Positions 20,307-30,396 of a stretch of DNA of 64,000 nt are shown piece after piece. The position numbers and the translations under genes were made by a program. The notes below the pieces were generated by a model that saw only the letters and a list, made by a program, of their open reading frames with translations, did not search any database and had not been told where the DNA came from. Source of the DNA: Candidatus Cloacimonadota bacterium (GTDB lineage: Bacteria > Cloacimonadota > Cloacimonadia > JGIOTU-2); contig JBNGBT010000001.1 of the NCBI GenBank assembly GCA_049903315.1, positions 96,001-160,000 on the forward strand. The letters are read 5' to 3'. The stretch's first letter is position 1, and every line of letters begins with the position of its first letter.

Positions 20307-22427
20307 CTAATTCAAATACGCTTTGTTAAAATAAAATCTATCACCTGGGAAAATCTGATAATACATCAACGGAGTTGCTCCGTCTTCATAGGCTTGTTCA
20401 ACGAATTCCATGTAATCGGGAGAGTAATCACCGGCATGCATAGGGAAGAAGATAGTCGGTTCAAGGATCTCAAAGGTTTTTTGAACTCCAAGACGTACTG
20501 CTTCATTATCTCCAAAATTACATCCGCTGATAGGCATGAAGGCAATGTCGATTGGTTTATTTAGTGATTGAAGATAGTATATCTCATCAAGATAATCTCC
20601 GGAGAAATCTCTTTGCCTGTTCGCGTGATCACCAGGGTGGAGGATATTTACACCATCTGCTTCTACCATGAAACCTACTCCAGTGTCATTTGAATATATG
20701 GATGTTATTTCTACACCATTTACATCGATTGTGGTCCGGGGCTCCATAACAATATAGTCTTCATTAGGTACATGCGGATCGAATCCCATTACATACGTTA
20801 TGTTTGGAACTGAATCATTCCATGTGAATATTTCCGGACTGTAATGATCTCGGTGTACATGCGAAACCAATACGATCACATCAAGATTTTCCATTTCATC
20901 GAGATTGAACATGCCATTGGAGATAGATGGATTGTCCGGAGATCTGTTCTGTCGCCAGTAATCAAAAACTAAGAGATGGTCTTTAGTTTTTGCAATCCAG
21001 CCGCTGTGTGTCACAAACCAGATATATATTTCTCCCTCTTGAAGTGAAGCATGTAAGAGATCATCGAGTTTCATGTCGGCAATAGAATCATTCTCCATGA
21101 GGATTTTTGCAATTTCAATATTGCCATGTTCGATTGCCAGATCAGTTGGAGTCTTACCATTGATGTCTTCAATGCTTATGTCACAACCATTCTCAACAAG
21201 TAATGTAACAATATCACCATACCCAAGAGCTGCAGCAATGTGAAGGGGTGTTTGTTTGAATTCTTCATTCTTAATGTTTAGATCAGCCCCGTATTCAATG
21301 AGTTTACTTAGAAAATCGGTCTTTCCCATTCTTGAAGCTTGATGTAAAGGAGAAGATTCATGCGTTTGACATCCAGTTTCACATTCAGAGTCCACGATTT
21401 CTATCATCGCATCGTTTTCAAGCAGAACTTCAAGAATTGATGGTTCATCACTCCACAATGAAAATTTAAGCGGTGTCCATCCATGATCATTTACTTTGTT
21501 AACATCAGCACCGAGTTCGATAAGATATGTTGCGACTTCAGTATTACCGCGTTGTGCAGCAATATGCAGGGGTGTTGTTCCAATAGAATCTTCAACCATT
21601 GGAGTTGCACCGTGTTCAATCATGTACGTAACGGCTTCCATTGGTGACTTTCCAGCAGAAAAGAACATGGTTGCTCCGGTCTCACTGCGATCATTATAAC
21701 TCAATCCTTTTTCCATGAGTAATTCTGCGATATCAAAATGCAGTCGGATAGTTGCCCATACAAGAGCTGTTTCTCCCTGGTTGGATATTGCGTGCACATC
21801 AGCACCATTCTCGATTAAATATTCGACAATATCTTTATTGCCCAAGATAGAGGCATACATAAGCGGAGTCACCCCCCACTGGTTTGATTGATCGATCGAT
21901 AAACCATGATCCCGGAGAAGTTTTACAATCTCGATATTACCGGAAACAATACCGTTCAGCATTGCTGTAGAACCGTTTACATTTTCTACAAATATTTCTG
22001 CTCCCTGCTCTAACAGGTAGTTCACAAGCTCAATATCTCCAGATTGAAGTGCAAAAAGAAGTGCCGTGTTCCCATTACCATCAGCTGCATTGACGTCAAA
22101 ACCATGATCGATCAGATATTCAACTACATCAAGATGCCCATTTGCAGCAGAGTTGTGGAGAAGGTTGCTGCCTTCTCTATCAATGGTGTAAATATCTGCA
22201 TCCTGTGAAATCAGATATTTCATTATTTCCAGGTTGCCACCAATTGCAGCGACAGTTAGAGGATCACAATAGCGGTCATCTCGTTCGTTAATCACATCGG
22301 GATTTTCCGTTATTATGTTTTGTATTTCTTCCAAATTGTTATCATTTATTGCTTCGAAGATTGTTGCTCCGATAGCGTGGGCTGAGAGGATGAGTAGTGC
22401 TGAGAGCACTATTATAAATATTTTCAT
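20307..22427 (-). CDS. Exported ankyrin-repeat protein fused to a C-terminal metallo-beta-lactamase-fold hydrolase
   Basis: Signal peptide; about a dozen ankyrin repeats (TPLHIAA..G..EV..YL...GADVN); C-terminal SHVHRDH (HxHxDH), HPGD and PMH metal ligands. Confidence 0.88.
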   Translation of the reverse strand: MKIFIIVLSALLILSAHAIGATIFEAINDNNLEEIQNIITENPDVINERDDRYCDPLTVAAIGGNLEIMKYLISQDADIYTIDREGSNLLHNSAANGHLDVVEYLIDHGFDVNAADGNGNTALLFALQSGDIELVNYLLEQGAEIFVENVNGSTAMLNGIVSGNIEIVKLLRDHGLSIDQSNQWGVTPLMYASILGNKDIVEYLIENGADVHAISNQGETALVWATIRLHFDIAELLMEKGLSYNDRSETGATMFFSAGKSPMEAVTYMIEHGATPMVEDSIGTTPLHIAAQRGNTEVATYLIELGADVNKVNDHGWTPLKFSLWSDEPSILEVLLENDAMIEIVDSECETGCQTHESSPLHQASRMGKTDFLSKLIEYGADLNIKNEEFKQTPLHIAAALGYGDIVTLLVENGCDISIEDINGKTPTDLAIEHGNIEIAKILMENDSIADMKLDDLLHASLQEGEIYIWFVTHSGWIAKTKDHLLVFDYWRQNRSPDNPSISNGMFNLDEMENLDVIVLVSHVHRDHYSPEIFTWNDSVPNITYVMGFDPHVPNEDYIVMEPRTTIDVNGVEITSIYSNDTGVGFMVEADGVNILHPGDHANRQRDFSGDYLDEIYYLQSLNKPIDIAFMPISGCNFGDNEAVRLGVQKTFEILEPTIFFPMHAGDYSPDYMEFVEQAYEDGATPLMYYQIFPGDRFYFNKAYLN

Positions 22428-22492
22428 TATGACTCCTTAATGCTTTTTGTACATTAACCAAGCTCCCCTTGCATAATGGAGTTTAGCTATAA

Positions 22493-23152
22493 TTAAACGA
22501 TTCTGCCGTCGAGTAGATTTATGATCCTATTTCCGTAACCGGCTTTTTCTTCCGAATGGGTTACTTGAATTATTGTCGTGCCTTCTTTGTTGAGTTTTGA
22601 AAAGAGCTCCATGATCTCTGTTCCCTGCTCGGAATTAAGATTTCCAGTCGGTTCATCGGCAAGAATGAGTGAGGGTTTGCCGGCAATTGCGCGGGCTATA
22701 CCCACAAGCTGCTGTTGTCCTCCGGAGAGTTGATAAGGGAAAAGGTCTTTTTTACCAACAATTCTGAACTTATCAAGCAGGTCGCAAACGCGTGATTTGC
22801 GCTCTTTCGCACTTTTTTTCTGGTAGAGCATTGGCAACTCGATGTTTTCATATACGGTCAGGTCATCGATAAGATGATACTGCTGAAATACAAAACCGAT
22901 TTCAACGCGATGAAGGTTTGTGCGCTGTTTCTCATTGAATTTGTGAACTGGTTGTTCCTTGTAGAAATATTCTCCGTCATTAAGTGTGTCCAGCATTCCA
23001 AGTATATAGAGCATTGTAGATTTTCCTGCTCCGGAAGGACCCATTACAGTGACGAATTCACCTTTTGCGACATCCAGGTTGATGTCATTCAATACATACG
23101 TTTTTACGAAATTATTTGAATAGAATTTGAAAGCACCCCGCAGTTGTAGCAT
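22493..23152 (-). CDS. ABC transporter ATP-binding protein (MacB/LolD family), second copy
   Basis: Walker A GPSGAGKS, LSGGQQQ, Walker B ILADEPTGNL, H-switch VTH. Confidence 0.95.
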   Translation of the reverse strand: MLQLRGAFKFYSNNFVKTYVLNDINLDVAKGEFVTVMGPSGAGKSTMLYILGMLDTLNDGEYFYKEQPVHKFNEKQRTNLHRVEIGFVFQQYHLIDDLTVYENIELPMLYQKKSAKERKSRVCDLLDKFRIVGKKDLFPYQLSGGQQQLVGIARAIAGKPSLILADEPTGNLNSEQGTEIMELFSKLNKEGTTIIQVTHSEEKAGYGNRIINLLDGRIV

Positions 23153-23178
23153 AGTACTCCTTAATTTAATTATTTTTT

Positions 23179-23266
23179 ACCACGAAAGTCACGAAAGAGA
23201 CGAAAGGGAATTTAAGAGAAAATACTCTTACGAAGGTTGTATCAATATTTTCGTGTATTCCGTGGT
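23179..23266. repeat. Imperfect inverted repeat with 9-nt periodic arms (ACCACGAAAGTCACGAAAGAGACGAAA ... TTTCGTGTATTCCGTGGT)
   Basis: Seen directly in the intergenic spacer; a related half-element ACCACAGAGATCACAGAG lies near 41054. Confidence 0.6.
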
Positions 23267-23279
23267 TAAGCATTTTTCT

Positions 23280-23837
23280 TTAAATGATTATTACTGAGGC
23301 ATTGTTTAGAATGTTTCTTTTGATATATTGATAGAACATTCCGATCTGCTCAATTTGTGTGTCAGCCAGATTTATCACTGCTTCATTACCATTACAAACC
23401 GCAGTGATAAGCACTTCGTCAGCATGGATGATCCTTTTAAGAAATTCATCATTTACATAGAATGAGTTTGTGTGCATAACCGAATCGTTGATGATCAATT
23501 TCTCGTCTAATTTGATGACCTTCTCTTTTGATGAGGGTATACTATAGTTATCGAGTTCCAACTGCACTGATTTCAGTTCCGCCCATGTTGAATAAAACTG
23601 AGAGCAGTCAATTGTCATTAACCATTGATAAGTTTGATCTATCCTTTTGAATTCGAGGAACATATCTGCATCACAGATAGAATCTTCGTGGAAGATATTG
23701 ATCTTCACGGGTGAGCATTGATAATAAACGGCACCTTTCCCCTCGAGTGCATCACTTTTATCTATTATCTTAAGATTTGTAGATGCACATGCGGCAAGGA
23801 GTAAAACTCCTAACGTAATTGCTATTATTTTTTTCAT
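23280..23837 (-). CDS. Hypothetical lipoprotein (185 aa)
   Basis: MKK + hydrophobic stretch + LLAA-C lipobox; GGAGG RBS. Confidence 0.8.
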   Translation of the reverse strand: MKKIIAITLGVLLLAACASTNLKIIDKSDALEGKGAVYYQCSPVKINIFHEDSICDADMFLEFKRIDQTYQWLMTIDCSQFYSTWAELKSVQLELDNYSIPSSKEKVIKLDEKLIINDSVMHTNSFYVNDEFLKRIIHADEVLITAVCNGNEAVINLADTQIEQIGMFYQYIKRNILNNASVIII

Positions 23838-23855
23838 GAGACCTCCAAGCTATAT

Positions 23856-24149
23856 TTAGCATATAGCTTCCTGTGTACCATCCGGGTACATTATTTTCTT
23901 TTTTCTGAACATGATGGGGATCTTCTCTTTGTCGGGTGCACCGATTTGGATAAGCTCCCAATCCTTATCATAATCGTGAATGACTTTCCGCAGTACATTC
24001 ACTACTTCTTCTGAGCTTGCATTTGGATCTTCCCATTCCACAAGCTCGACGCGGTAGCACAGAGTTTTTTTCTTTCCATTGATGCGAACTTCGATCTCAA
24101 GATTTTGCTGTGCTTCCAATGTTGGTATATTTAATACTATTTCGCGCAT
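23856..24149 (-). CDS. Small hypothetical cytoplasmic protein (97 aa)
   Basis: GGAGGT RBS, protein-like composition, co-oriented in the operon. Confidence 0.75.
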   Translation of the reverse strand: MREIVLNIPTLEAQQNLEIEVRINGKKKTLCYRVELVEWEDPNASSEEVVNVLRKVIHDYDKDWELIQIGAPDKEKIPIMFRKKKIMYPDGTQEAIC

Positions 24150-24880
24150 ATGAACCTCCCGTTATTCATTATGCTAATCATCGTGTGATTGCTATCTGAT
24201 AACAATATGTTGTTTTTAAGTGTTACATGTGTAAGACTCTCCCGGGACCAGCCCCCAAGCTGTTCTTTGCCTGATAATTTAAAAGGGGCGATAAAGCTGA
24301 GATCAAGAGATGAATTCCGCGGATTGTTTTCAACAAGTCCGGTTATGGTAAAATCTGATCTGTTGTGTACATTCACCACTTTTCCGCTTGGATATTCATC
24401 ACTCAAATATAGCTCCGCTGTTTCTCTTGTGATCACGTGAGAGTGCAGCACGTGAAGCGCTCTTGCTTCGTCGCCCTTGATAAATGGATACGAGAACATT
24501 TTTAAGAGGACTGGTTCAGCCAGGAAGAGACGGTTATTGGAAAAATATGTATATTTATTTGAAATTTTAACTCCATTAAATGTATAAAATCTCAAATAAT
24601 GATTATATTTGTGAAATGTAACTTCTAAAATGGGTGCAGGACTATAAGGAACTTTTAGATTACCATATAGTTCATCTTGGTTGACAAAATAATCCTGATC
24701 GTTACAGGAGAGATTGTTCTTTTTTTCGAGCAATTGTGCAGAGTACAATTCACCCCGCACCCATGATAGAAGAAGGATGCATACGACCATTCCTATGGCC
24801 AATTCCAATTTATTGATGGAGGAAAATCTTTTATATCGCACTTTGTTTCGCGTCGGTGTTTTTAAATAATATTTGGTCAT
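24137..24880 (-). pseudogene. Degenerate N-terminal fragment of a MacB/FtsX permease (first TM helix plus first periplasmic domain)
   Basis: Aligns by eye with paralog N-termini (RFSSINKLELAIGMVVCILLLSWV; KMFSYPFIKGD; DFTITGLVEN) but has many radical substitutions and ends at ~250 aa. Confidence 0.75.
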
Positions 24881-24881
24881 C

Positions 24882-27242
24882 TTATTCATATCTCATAGAC
24901 TCAGAGGGATTTCTGAGTGCAGCCCGAAGCGTTTGGAAGCTTATCGTTATGATTGCAATAAGCAAGCTGAGAATGCCTGCAAAAATAAAATATGTTATAT
25001 GAAAAGGTATCTTATAAACGAAAGTATTCAGCCATCTGGACATTGCAAGATAGGCAATAGGCCATGCGAGGACATTTGCAATAAGAACCCATTTAACAGA
25101 TTCTTCAGTTAAAAGAAGGACTATGTTCTTTACAGAAGCTCCCATGACCTTGCGAATACCGATCTCTCGTGTCCTTCGAGCTGTCATATAGGATATCAGA
25201 CCAAAAAGACCAAGGCAGGAGATCAGGATCGCCATTATAGTGAAGTAATTGAAAATAGTGAGCATTCTTTTCTCAGCACGGTAGAGATTGCCATATGTTT
25301 CATCCATAAATGAATATTCAAGAGGAGTATCGGGATTGATGTCATTCCAAATATTCTTGATCTGTGCAAGAGTGCCGTCGATATCTTCAGTACTAAGGCG
25401 GACAAAACTTACATATGCTTGAGAAGAGAGACTGATAAAGAGAGGTTCTATCTCAGTTTGCAGTTTCTTGAAATGAAAATCTTTAACCACTCCAATAATA
25501 TTATATGGTTTATTGTTTTGGTAATGATCAGTAACTTGTTCAGAGAGGGGGTCGTCAAATCCCATCAATGCCACAGCTGTTTCATTAACTATGATTGCAG
25601 AAGAATCGGTGGGCATATCAGGGGAGAATGCGCGCCCTTCTGCAAGTTCTATATCAAGGGTTTTGAAAAAGTCATAATCAACACGAAGCTGGTGCACGAG
25701 TACTCTTTCATCGTCTTGTTTTGTGCGCCAATCATAGCCATACCCGGAATTGACTATACTATATGGATATGCAGAACCTCTGCTCACATTAATTACTTGA
25801 GGAAGTTTAAGAAGCTCATGCTTCAGGGTTGTGTAATTTTCAGATGTTTGATCTCTGAAAGAGAAATTCAGCACCTGTTCTTTTGTATATCCGAGTTCCT
25901 TATTATGCACAAACTGTACCTGTTTGAACACGATAATTGTACCAATAATCAAGATAATTGTGATCACAAATTGGAGAATAACGAGTATTCTTCTAAAGAG
26001 TACGCCCTTCTTCCCAGCTTTGAGTATGCCCTTCAGCACGTTGATTGGTTTGAAACTTGAAAGTACGAATGCGGGATAGCTGCCGGCAAAAATACCGGTA
26101 AAAAGAGTAACTGCAAAAAGGAATACATATATCAATGGATCCTGACCGGAGAAGAATGAGAGTTCCTTCCCTGCGATATTATTAAATAAAGGAAGTAATA
26201 ATTCTACTATAACTATTGAAAAGAATAAAGAGATAAGGGAGAGGATAATTGCTTCTCCGAGAAATTGTCTGACAAGCGTATTCTTTTGTGATCCTACTAC
26301 TTTTTTGATGCCAACTTCTCGAGCCCTATTTTCTGCACGTGCAGTAGCAAGGTTCATGAAATTGATGCATGCAATAACAAGCACGAAAAGGGCGATCAAT
26401 GAGAACAGACGCACATAAAGTATATCTCCATGACCTCCAATGTCTGCAACATAATGAGAATGCAAATGAATGTCTGTGAGAGGTTGCAGGTTCAGTTTCA
26501 CAGGATAACCAACATCATGTGCTGCCAGATATCCTTCTATCTTTTCATCAAATTCAATCCAATCCACATTTTCTTCTAATTGGATGTACGTATAATAGGA
26601 GTTGGAGCCCCAGGATTCTAAATTTCCACCGAAATTTTTTAATACTTCAAAAGCCACAACATAATCAAATTTCAGGTGTGAATTATCAGCTACATTATGA
26701 AAAACTCCAGTCACATTCAGGATGGTGGAGGTATTTACCTGCAGCGTTTTCCCAATTGGATTTTCATCTCCAAAGAATTTATGAGCCATTTCTTCGGAAA
26801 TTACTACATTTAAAAGCTCATCAAACATAGTTTCTTTATCACCAGCTATTATGGGAAAAGTAAACATTTCAAAGAAGTTGGGATCAGCCAAAGTTATGTT
26901 CGCCTTGAACTTATCTTCCCCAATGTTGATATAACCAAAACCGTAGGTTTGGAATCTAGTAAAATTGATCACTTCCGGAAAATCCTGCAGCATTCCAGGT
27001 CCCAAGGCTGCTGGTGTTACAGCTACTGGAAATGGTTCACCTGATTGTTCCTGCATTTCCACCACACGAAATATCCTGTGAGCATTTGCATGGAAACGAT
27101 CAAAACTCAACTCATGATGCACCCAAAGGAATATAAGGATACAGCATGCGAGTCCAATCGAAAGACCGAGAATATTGATAAATGAATGCCCTTTGTGACG
27201 TTTAATATTTCGAAGAGTGATGAGTATTGAATTTTTAAACAT
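24882..27242 (-). CDS. ABC transporter permease, MacB/FtsX type (786 aa)
   Basis: MFKNS start, CINFMNLATARA...EVGIKKVVG, NPSESMRYE end. Confidence 0.95.
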   Translation of the reverse strand: MFKNSILITLRNIKRHKGHSFINILGLSIGLACCILIFLWVHHELSFDRFHANAHRIFRVVEMQEQSGEPFPVAVTPAALGPGMLQDFPEVINFTRFQTYGFGYINIGEDKFKANITLADPNFFEMFTFPIIAGDKETMFDELLNVVISEEMAHKFFGDENPIGKTLQVNTSTILNVTGVFHNVADNSHLKFDYVVAFEVLKNFGGNLESWGSNSYYTYIQLEENVDWIEFDEKIEGYLAAHDVGYPVKLNLQPLTDIHLHSHYVADIGGHGDILYVRLFSLIALFVLVIACINFMNLATARAENRAREVGIKKVVGSQKNTLVRQFLGEAIILSLISLFFSIVIVELLLPLFNNIAGKELSFFSGQDPLIYVFLFAVTLFTGIFAGSYPAFVLSSFKPINVLKGILKAGKKGVLFRRILVILQFVITIILIIGTIIVFKQVQFVHNKELGYTKEQVLNFSFRDQTSENYTTLKHELLKLPQVINVSRGSAYPYSIVNSGYGYDWRTKQDDERVLVHQLRVDYDFFKTLDIELAEGRAFSPDMPTDSSAIIVNETAVALMGFDDPLSEQVTDHYQNNKPYNIIGVVKDFHFKKLQTEIEPLFISLSSQAYVSFVRLSTEDIDGTLAQIKNIWNDINPDTPLEYSFMDETYGNLYRAEKRMLTIFNYFTIMAILISCLGLFGLISYMTARRTREIGIRKVMGASVKNIVLLLTEESVKWVLIANVLAWPIAYLAMSRWLNTFVYKIPFHITYFIFAGILSLLIAIITISFQTLRAALRNPSESMRYE

Positions 27243-27250
27243 AATTTATC

Positions 27251-29671
27251 CTATTCATATTTAAGGGTAATAGAAGGATTGGTTTTTGATGCTTTGAGAG
27301 ACTGGAAAAGAACTGTAAGTATCGCTATAAGGAAAGCGATTATACCAGATAATACAAAGGTCAAGATCGAAAGTTGTGTTCTATACGCAAAGTTTGCCAG
27401 CCAGTTTTTCAGAGCAAAATATGCAACGGGCCACGCAATAACGTTCGCAAGAAGCACCCATTTTGTAAAAGTCTTGGAGAGCAATCCGACAATATTCTGT
27501 GAGCTTGCACCAAGTACTTTGCGAATGCCGATCTCACGTGTGCGCTGTTCGGTCGTATATGAAGCGAGACCAAACAGACCAAGGCATGCAATGAGGATGC
27601 TCAAGAGTGAAAATATCGTGAATATCTTTGCTAGTTTCTGCTCGGGAATATAATATTCATTTAATATATCATCGAGGAATTCATATTCAAATGGAAATTC
27701 CGGCATGAAGTTTTCCCAGGTTTCTCGCACAAAGCTCAATACCTCCTGCATATTATCAGGATTGTATTTCAGCACAATGCTGGTTTTAGGGAAATTTGTG
27801 GAGAATATTGTGATAGGAGCTACTTGATTATGAAGGGATTCGTAATTAAAGTCTTTCACCACACCGATCACTTCGCCGTCAAAAAGTGCGGTTCCGTCAT
27901 CTCTCAAACCAAGTAAAACTCGTTTACCAAGAGCGTTCTCACCCCACCCCATTTCCTTTACGGCTGCTTCATTCACTATAACTGCTTTTTGCATATCAGA
28001 AGCTAGACTGTCTGAGAAATTTCTTCCTTGCAGTATCTCCATGTGCATAAGACCAATAAAGTTTGCATCTGCAACAAAAAGGTTGAGTGGTTTCTCTGTC
28101 ATGCCCTCTTCAGCTTCAAGGCGCATTAAGAGTTTTCCGGTTATTCTCCCGGGAACACTAGTTGTGATAGCCGTTGAAAGTACATCAGGATGTTTTGCCA
28201 TCTCATCTCTGATGGTTGCCATATTCTGAACTGCGGTGGTATCCTGAACCGAGAGTACGAGCACATTTTCTTTATCAAAACCCAGGTCTTTGTTCTGAAT
28301 GTAATGAAGCTGTCTTGAGACAGTGAGAGTGCCAATGAGCATAATGATTGTGATCGCAAACTGGATCAGCACAAGAACTTTACGGAGCGTGCCACCTCCT
28401 TTACCACTCTTGATGCTGCCCTTAAGAACAGTGACCGGTTTGAAGGCAGAAAGATAAAGCGCTGGATAGCTTCCTGAGATAAATCCAACAACAATAGTTG
28501 CCAGCAGAATGTACAATATCAGTATGGGATTTTGTCCTATATCAAAGGAAATATCCACGCCCGAAATTTGGTTGAATGCAGGAATAAGCAGATAAGTTGC
28601 GATCAGGGCAATGATAAGTGAGAGGAAAGCCAGGAACACCGATTCTGAAAGGAACTGACGTATGAGCAAACCCTTTGCCGCACCTGCAACTTTGCGGATG
28701 CCTACTTCACGAGCTCGTTTTACAGACCGGGCTGTGGCAAGGTTCATGTAGTTGATGCACGCGATTATCAGAATGAAAACGGCTACAAAGATAAAGATGA
28801 ACATATAAGACGTGTTACCTGTCGGAAAGTCATACTGCATGTCACCAAGAAAATGAGTGTCTTTTATCGGAGTGAGACGTATATTCATACTCGTATTGAT
28901 ACGATCTCCCAGCTCCTTCATGTACTTGTCATAGAATTGCTGAAACTTGTCCAGCACTGCCTGCGGATTTGTATTCTCACCAAGTTTTATGTATGAGTAC
29001 ACACTGATATTCCAGAAGCCGTTAGTTGCAGTAGAATTATAATTATCAACTCCCATGAGTTCACGAAGAGTAGTCATTGAAGTGAGCATTTCAAAGTTTA
29101 CATGCGTATTATCAGGAAGATCTTTGATGATAGCAGTCACACGGAATGTCAGTCCATTACCTGCAATAATGGTTTCACCAATAGGATGTATGTCTCCGAA
29201 TATCTTTTCTGCAAAACTCTCTGTCAGTACTGCAGTGAAGGGTTCGGAGAGTGCAGTTGCAGGATCTCCATGTACAAATTCATATGAAAAGAGATCAAAA
29301 ACTGTGGAGTCTGCGAGGTACACATCATCCTCATAGATCTTTTTCTCATCATAAATGAAAAGCCGATTCTGCATGAATCGTAATCTTGTGGCTTCTTCTA
29401 TCTCCGGAATCTCTGCTTTCATGGTATGAACGAGAGGGAATGCAGTCAAAGCGAACTTATCCAACTTTCCCTGAACCGTGAACATCGATTCAACCCGATA
29501 GATGCGATCAGCATCCTTGTGAAATGTGTCATAAGAGAACTCATGCTGTACATAGAGTCCAATGAGCATAGCACACGTAATGCCGATCGCAAGTCCAACG
29601 ATATTGATTGCGGAATAGAACTTATTCCGGGCAATATTTCTGTAAGCTATCTTCAAGTAATTCTTCAGCAT
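27251..29671 (-). CDS. ABC transporter permease, MacB/FtsX type (806 aa)
   Basis: MLKNY start, CINYMNLATARS...EVGIRKVAGA, NPSITLKYE end. Confidence 0.95.
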   Translation of the reverse strand: MLKNYLKIAYRNIARNKFYSAINIVGLAIGITCAMLIGLYVQHEFSYDTFHKDADRIYRVESMFTVQGKLDKFALTAFPLVHTMKAEIPEIEEATRLRFMQNRLFIYDEKKIYEDDVYLADSTVFDLFSYEFVHGDPATALSEPFTAVLTESFAEKIFGDIHPIGETIIAGNGLTFRVTAIIKDLPDNTHVNFEMLTSMTTLRELMGVDNYNSTATNGFWNISVYSYIKLGENTNPQAVLDKFQQFYDKYMKELGDRINTSMNIRLTPIKDTHFLGDMQYDFPTGNTSYMFIFIFVAVFILIIACINYMNLATARSVKRAREVGIRKVAGAAKGLLIRQFLSESVFLAFLSLIIALIATYLLIPAFNQISGVDISFDIGQNPILILYILLATIVVGFISGSYPALYLSAFKPVTVLKGSIKSGKGGGTLRKVLVLIQFAITIIMLIGTLTVSRQLHYIQNKDLGFDKENVLVLSVQDTTAVQNMATIRDEMAKHPDVLSTAITTSVPGRITGKLLMRLEAEEGMTEKPLNLFVADANFIGLMHMEILQGRNFSDSLASDMQKAVIVNEAAVKEMGWGENALGKRVLLGLRDDGTALFDGEVIGVVKDFNYESLHNQVAPITIFSTNFPKTSIVLKYNPDNMQEVLSFVRETWENFMPEFPFEYEFLDDILNEYYIPEQKLAKIFTIFSLLSILIACLGLFGLASYTTEQRTREIGIRKVLGASSQNIVGLLSKTFTKWVLLANVIAWPVAYFALKNWLANFAYRTQLSILTFVLSGIIAFLIAILTVLFQSLKASKTNPSITLKYE

Positions 29672-29703
29672 CCGTTATCCTCCTGGATTTTTTTTAAGAG
29701 AGT

Positions 29704-30390
29704 CTAGAGGAGTTTGCGAATGTTTTCTGTGACGATATGACCATCAAAGAGCTGAATGGTCCTGTGACTGTACTCTGCGTCAGAGGGAGAGTGTGTCACC
29801 ATAATAATGGTTGTGCCTTCCTCATTCAATTGCGAGAGAAGATCCATGACTTCTTCTCCGTTTGCAGAGTCCAGGTTACCTGTGGGCTCGTCTGCGAGAA
29901 TCAGGCGGGGATTTGTCACTACTGCGCGCGCAACTGCAACGCGCTGTTGCTGACCACCTGATAACTGCTGAGGAAAGTGGCTTTTACGATGCATGATCTT
30001 CATACGATCAAGCACTTCTTCGACTTTTTTCTTACGAATTGCCGAAGACATTTTGAGATAAAGAAGGGGAAGTTCGACGTTTTCCCAGACAGTGAGTTCA
30101 TCGATCAGATTGAAGCTCTGAAATATGAACCCAATATTGCCTTTTCTAAGATTGGTGCGACTACGTTCTTTGTACCCGGCGACCTCCTCGCCCATGAATT
30201 CATATGTGCCTTCAGAAGGATTGTCCAGTAATCCCAATATGTTGAGAAGTGTGGATTTTCCACATCCTGAAGGTCCCATGATGGCTACGAATTCCCCTTC
30301 TTTTACATCAAGGTTTACCTTGTTGAGTGCTGTTGTTTCGACTTCGTCTGTACGATAGACCTTCATTAGTTCATTTGTTTTGATCATCAT
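29704..30390 (-). CDS. ABC transporter ATP-binding protein (MacB/LolD family)
   Basis: GPSGCGKS, LSGGQQQRV, ILADEPTGNLD, VTH. Confidence 0.96.
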   Translation of the reverse strand: MMIKTNELMKVYRTDEVETTALNKVNLDVKEGEFVAIMGPSGCGKSTLLNILGLLDNPSEGTYEFMGEEVAGYKERSRTNLRKGNIGFIFQSFNLIDELTVWENVELPLLYLKMSSAIRKKKVEEVLDRMKIMHRKSHFPQQLSGGQQQRVAVARAVVTNPRLILADEPTGNLDSANGEEVMDLLSQLNEEGTTIIMVTHSPSDAEYSHRTIQLFDGHIVTENIRKLL

Positions 30391-30396
30391 TACTCC

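Noticed and set aside
1..29671. Classical integron with attC sites
   Set aside because: Most spacers are only 7-12 nt, too short for attC hairpins, and no tyrosine recombinase is visible.
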